From positions 18,504 through 82,503 of the forward strand of contig JAJDDW010000114.1 of the NCBI GenBank assembly GCA_029260115.1: 64,000 nt of DNA, written 5' to 3'. This DNA is from Phycisphaerae bacterium (GTDB lineage: Bacteria; Planctomycetota; Phycisphaerae; UBA1845). Below the pieces are notes generated by a model. It worked only from the letters and a program-made list of their open reading frames with translations. It had not been told where the DNA came from and did not search any database. The stretch's first letter is position 1; each line of letters starts with the position of its first letter. Below, one piece after another: positions 59,539-64,000 of the stretch. The translations under genes and the position numbers were made by a program.

Positions 59539-60309
59539 ATGAGTCCAAGCCCTGAAACTGCTTCACAACGTATCTTAACTCGACCTTTTCTGGTGGTAGT
59601 GGTTTTGCTTGGAATCGCCCTGATCCTTTCTGGCCCGGTGGCCAATCGACTGGGGATAAACGCTAGCAAGAAATCTTTACCGTTAAAAACGCGACTTAGT
59701 GCTCTAGACGAGGCCTCGCTACTGCCTTATCGCGTTATTGATCGAATTATTCTTGATTCCACCATGATTGAGTCGCTAAATACGAGCGAGTACATCAACT
59801 GGGTTCTTGAGGATACAAGCCTGCCTAAAAATGACCCGCTACGGCTAGCAACGCTTTTGGTCACCTACTATACAGGTGCAGACAATATGGTGTTGCACAA
59901 ACCCGACGTGTGTTATTACGGCGCGGGATATCAGCCGTTTCAGCCACATGAAGAAACTACCATTCAAATAAAGGCACTAGGCGAAGCCGACCAAGATGTG
60001 CCCATACGTGTGCTGACTTTTTCCAAGACTCAAATACACAATGAAAGCAAAATTTCGGTCATCTATAATTTTTATTGTAACGGCCGATTCGTAGCCAATA
60101 GCTTTAATGTGCGCATGATGGTCAATAGTTTAACAAACACATATGCGTATTTCAGCAAAGTCGAGGTTAGCTTTCCCAGGGCGACGCGTGAACAAAATAT
60201 TGAAGGGGTTACCAAACTTTTTGACCTGGTTCTCCCCGTGCTCGTACATGACCACTTTCCCGACTTCGATGCGTCAGAGCAGGAAGCTTTGCAGAAGAAG
60301 CAAACGTAA
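59539..60309 (+). CDS. Exosortase-associated EpsI-like (DUF3485) protein
   Basis: N-terminal TM segment, LLVTYYTG, HKPDVCYYGAGY (HxPxxCxxxxG), VIYNFYCNG, YFSKVEV. Confidence 0.75.
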   Translation: MSPSPETASQRILTRPFLVVVVLLGIALILSGPVANRLGINASKKSLPLKTRLSALDEASLLPYRVIDRIILDSTMIESLNTSEYINWVLEDTSLPKNDPLRLATLLVTYYTGADNMVLHKPDVCYYGAGYQPFQPHEETTIQIKALGEADQDVPIRVLTFSKTQIHNESKISVIYNFYCNGRFVANSFNVRMMVNSLTNTYAYFSKVEVSFPRATREQNIEGVTKLFDLVLPVLVHDHFPDFDASEQEALQKKQT

Positions 60310-60409
60310 AAAGACGAGTAGCGCGTCATCTGATGACGTTACGAGCGCAAGACAGATACAACCTCAAGCACACGTTTAGTGTTAGTCTTGGGTAAAGGAA
60401 ACTATTGCT

Positions 60410-63400
60410 ATGGCCCGCAAACGACTGAATAAAAATATCGTCATCGGCCTGACGCTTTTCTCAATGGCGGTCATGGTACTCTTAGCTGTGCTCATGTTGC
60501 GACAATTACAACGCCGCGACCCTCAACATTTTATCACGCTAGCTAAGGAATATGAAGCTCACGAAGAATGGCAACAGGCCGCCGGGTTTTACATGCATGC
60601 GTATACGCGCAGTAAAGACCCGCTACATCTAGTCTCCATGGGGCACGCTTTTCTTGAGGCTGGTGAAGTTTCACGCGCCTTGTCCGCTTGGGAGCAAGCG
60701 ATGATTGACGACCCATCCTTGGTCGCGGCTCACCGAATTAGACTCGAAACATTACTATCGCTATCAAAATTATATCCTTCACCACGCATATGGTCGAACA
60801 TCGCGGACGCCGCTAAGACAATGCTGGAAATTGCGGCTCAGGCAGATGAGACGACACTAGCCTTTGTTTATCATGCCAAAGGCCTGTCTCTTACGCACAA
60901 CAAATCGGCGCCTGACACGCAAGCGGTAGAAGAAGGTCTTCTTGCGTTAGAAAAGGCCGCTTCGCTTCAGCCAGACAATGTAGATTATGCCATCGACCTA
61001 GCCAATGCGCATTTACAAGCAGGAGATATCTCAGCCGGGGAGTCTCAGTTTACGGACTTACTCTCAACGCACGCCAACGAAAGCGTCGAGGCGTCCAACA
61101 TTCATATAGCCTTTGCTAAATATCTGAATCGCCCACGCACACCTGATGAAACCAACGAAGCCTATCTAGCCCGCATCGCGCGAGCCGGACAGCACATCAA
61201 CAGCGGTGTCGCCTTAGCCGACGGTGACCCCAAAGCGGCCCATGAAGCGTATCAGCAGCAAGGCATTTTCTTTGCCCAGGCCTGGGCACGTGCCAAGCAA
61301 GGTAAAGCTGCCGAGGGCGAATTGGATGACCTCGCAGCCAAGGCAATTGCCTCATATGAGCGAAGCATTAAAGCCGATGACGACAACTTCGAAACATATG
61401 TGTTGCTTGCGACCCTATATCGGGCTACGCAACATTTTGACGAGGCGATCAGTGCTTGTGAGCGCCAATTGGATGCTGGTTTTTCACGTAAAGGCATTCG
61501 GTCATCGTATGACAAGCAACTGGCATTCCAGTTGATGATTCTTGCCTCGCAGACAGCGTTAGCCAAGACGCAGTCGAAAGACAATGCGATCGAACCTGCT
61601 GAAAAAGAAAAATTCATCACCCTAGCCAAGCAGTACGTCGACGACGCCAATGGTGAGTTTCCAGGTCATCCGCACGTGTTAACCCAATCGGCAAGGATTA
61701 AGTTTTTCACTGGTCAGGACCGCGAGGCGTTGGAAGATTTACGAAACGCGGATGCTGGATTTCTGGCTATGGACATGGTTGATTGGGATAGCAAACTACT
61801 TCTGGCACGTTTGCACCTCAAACTTAACGAACCAGGCGCAGCGAAAGATACAATTATAGATGGTCGCAACAGGGCTGGCGGTTCCGCGCCATTAACCATG
61901 TGGATCACATACGCACAAGCGTTAATGCTCAACGATGAAATAGATAACCCAGAGCTTGACCGCACACTTGAAATTGTGCGGCGAAACGATCCTACAAACG
62001 CCCAGGCCCGGCAAATTCAGGCCGCTTTGTTAGAACGCCGAGGACAATTCCAAAGCGCTGGCGGCTTGGTGCAGGACGAAGCACTTCGCTCACTCCTAAT
62101 GGCCCGGGAACTGATAAGCCAAGACGACATCGAACAAGCGACAACGGTGCTTCTTGACGCACTGAAGGACAACCCCGCAGAGCCTAGGCTGTTAGCCGCG
62201 GCGGTTCAACTGTTACTGTCGCAAGAAAACGTAGACCAAGCGCGAGTGGCTGTGACTGCCGCCCAAAAAATTAAACCAGAGGATAGCTATCTAAAAAGGT
62301 TGGCACTGGTGGTTCAGCCTAATCTCTCTCCTGCGCAGCGTAAGGAGAGCATGGTCTCACTCATTAGCGAAGAAAAGGACGCCTATGAGCGGGCTGCACA
62401 AATGGCTGATTTTTTCATTCGCAGCCACGAACCTGAACAAGCGTTAGCCTATCTCGATGAAGCGGAGAAACATCTCATAGCCAAGGACACACCAGCCGCC
62501 CAGGAAACAACCAGCGCGCAACACCGCGCCATTTTGCTGAGTAAACTCCGAGCAGCTGCCTTGTCGAACAATGACTTGGCTATGACCGAAGCACGAGATG
62601 CCGCGGCTAAGTATAATGTAGACGGCGCGCGTGGGCAGTTCATGCTTGGTCTTTACTATATGTATCGCGATGAATGGTCCTTGGCGAAACTGGCGCTGCG
62701 CGCCGCGGTCGATGCTCAGCCAACACACGCCAAATCGCTAGCGAGCCTAGCTCATTGCCTGCATCGTTTGGGAGATTCAGATGAGGCGGCAGCTTTGTAT
62801 AAACGCGCCTTGCGTGTGAATCCCAATGAAGCCCTTGCTCGAAAGGGGCTGGCGATGCTGGCAAAGGATGTCGGCGATCAGGCTACCTACGAGCAACATC
62901 TAGCTGTTTGCCGACGTTTAATCCCGTCTGACCAGTGGGTGCGAAACGAATTGGAACTACAGCAAGAGCGTGCCGACCCCGATAGTGCTATTGCCAATTA
63001 CGAAGCAACATTAACAAGCGATCCCGACAATCTGAAAACACTTTCTCGCTTAACTGAGTTATATGAAGCAAAAAACGATCTAGAAAAAGCAGACAATATA
63101 TATGGCCATTTGATGACGCTAAAACCGGACGAACGCACGCTGTTCGTGGCTATCGGAAAATATTATCGTCGTACACATCGGCCGCAGCTCGCAGAGAAAG
63201 CGTTAGTAGAATTCGCAGAATCTCGACATACGCCACAAGAAAAAGCCGAGGCACTTGTGCTGTTAGCCGCCCATCAGCTCAGCTTATCCCAACTCGAAGA
63301 TGTTGAAAAAACGTTATTGCAAGCGGCTCAGATTGCCAGCACGTTCGACGTTTGCCATAGCCTGGGCGAATTCTACCAACGCACCGTACACAAACCCGCG

Positions 63401-64000
63401 GATGCTTTGATATGGTACGATCAAGCCATTGCCTCTACTGAAGATGGCGCAGACGCTAGATTAGCTTCGGTGAAGCTGGCCAGAATCGCGTGTTTATTGT
63501 CGCGTGAATTGGACGATTTCAATAGTGCTAGCGAAGACTTGGTCACCTTTAGAAAGCAATACCCCACCGATGCCCGCGCTGACTTGTGGGAGAGTGAGAT
63601 ACTAGCTCGTCGTGGACAAATTGCCCCGGCTATCGATCGACTTACAACCTTTTTGCGGGTGCATCCCAATCACACTTATGCCTTGTTTAAGCGAGCGCAG
63701 CACACGTTGTCGCTTGGCCGATTACCAGCTGCGCTTAACGACTTGGAGCAAATTAAACAATCTGACCCGCTCGCTTTAGCGTTAGCCCCGCGACTGCTAC
63801 TAGCTCGACTTCACCATCAAGCAAACCGTCAAGACGCCAGGCTACGAGAATTAGAATCACTCCTTCAAGATGCGCCGCAGTCTGATGTCGCGCTGGAAGC
63901 GATTACCCGGGCCTATATTGATATGAAACGGTACGCGGATGCAGATCGCGTCGTCACTGCGCGAATTAACCAGTTAGCTAGTGCGCCCGACCCGCGTTGG
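60410..64000 (+). CDS. Very large membrane-anchored tetratricopeptide repeat protein; 3' end runs off the window
   Basis: Not in the ORF track because it is open at the edge. AAGGA RBS, then MARKRLNKNIVIGLTLFSMAVMVLLAVLML (TM) followed by TPR-like helical repeats; the same frame is open at 64000 (...RINQLASAPDPRW). Not every internal codon was checked. Confidence 0.85.
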   Translation, partial: MARKRLNKNIVIGLTLFSMAVMVLLAVLMLRQLQRRDPQHFITLAKEYEAHEEWQQAAGFYMHAYTRSKDPLHLVSMGHAFLEAGEVSRALSAWEQAMIDDPSLVAAHRIRLETLLSLSKLYPSPRIWSNIADAAKTMLEIAAQADETTLAFVYHAKGLSLTHNKSAPDTQAVEEGLLALEKAASLQPDNVDYAIDLANAHLQAGDISAGESQFTDLLSTHANESVEASNIHIAFAKYLNRPRTPDETNEAYLARIARAGQHINSGVALADGDPKAAHEAYQQQGIFFAQAWARAKQGKAAEGELDDLAAKAIASYERSIKADDDNFETYVLLATLYRATQHFDEAISACERQLDAGFSRKGIRSSYDKQLAFQLMILASQTALAKTQSKDNAIEPAEKEKFITLAKQYVDDANGEFPGHPHVLTQSARIKFFTGQDREALEDLRNADAGFLAMDMVDWDSKLLLARLHLKLNEPGAAKDTIIDGRNRAGGSAPLTMWITYAQALMLNDEIDNPELDRTLEIVRRNDPTNAQARQIQAALLERRGQFQSAGGLVQDEALRSLLMARELISQDDIEQATTVLLDALKDNPAEPRLLAAAVQLLLSQENVDQARVAVTAAQKIKPEDSYLKRLALVVQPNLSPAQRKESMVSLISEEKDAYERAAQMADFFIRSHEPEQALAYLDEAEKHLIAKDTPAAQETTSAQHRAILLSKLRAAALSNNDLAMTEARDAAAKYNVDGARGQFMLGLYYMYRDEWSLAKLALRAAVDAQPTHAKSLASLAHCLHRLGDSDEAAALYKRALRVNPNEALARKGLAMLAKDVGDQATYEQHLAVCRRLIPSDQWVRNELELQQERADPDSAIANYEATLTSDPDNLKTLSRLTELYEAKNDLEKADNIYGHLMTLKPDERTLFVAIGKYYRRTHRPQLAEKALVEFAESRHTPQEKAEALVLLAAHQLSLSQLEDVEKTLLQAAQIASTFDVCHSLGEFYQRTVHKPADALIWYDQAIASTEDGADARLASVKLARIACLLSRELDDFNSASEDLVTFRKQYPTDARADLWESEILARRGQIAPAIDRLTTFLRVHPNHTYALFKRAQHTLSLGRLPAALNDLEQIKQSDPLALALAPRLLLARLHHQANRQDARLRELESLLQDAPQSDVALEAITRAYIDMKRYADADRVVTARINQLASAPDPRW

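Noticed and set aside
1-64000. Impression that CTAG/GCTAGC is unusually frequent for a bacterium
   Set aside because: It cannot be quantified by eye; an observed/expected tetranucleotide count would be needed.

Overview
Gene-dense bacterial chromosomal window, most likely from a Planctomycetota (Phycisphaerae-like) genome. This is inferred from the multiple secreted PQQ-like beta-propeller proteins, C-terminal dockerin-like tails and the TPR-YggX fusion. The most striking element is a ~25 kb divergent locus (3067-27805) of unknown function. Its minus arm encodes a PaaK-like CoA ligase, four secreted PQQ-like beta-propellers, a GriC/EhpF-like adenylating enzyme with a GriD/EhpG-like reductase, an Fe-alcohol dehydrogenase, an atypical HemN-like radical SAM enzyme, a chorismate-lyase-like protein, a flavin-dependent halogenase-like enzyme, a DUF3311/sodium:solute symporter pair and a thioesterase. 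Its plus arm encodes a CxxC-bearing GT4, a MacB/LolCDE-type ABC exporter, a pseudo-receiver and a secreted protein. It reads like an NRPS/PKS-free pathway for a modified aromatic metabolite or cofactor. The rest of the window holds amino-acid catabolism genes (gdhA, M4 protease, kynurenine pathway cluster, hutU), housekeeping genes (glnS, gltX, purC, priA, apgM, rnr), several proteins lacking canonical catalytic or ligand residues, an acyltransferase-3 pseudogene, a dispersed 26-bp REP-like palindrome family, and the start of an EpsI/giant-TPR locus. No rRNA, tRNA, CRISPR array or transposase was recognised. All calls are by eye; no database searches were run.
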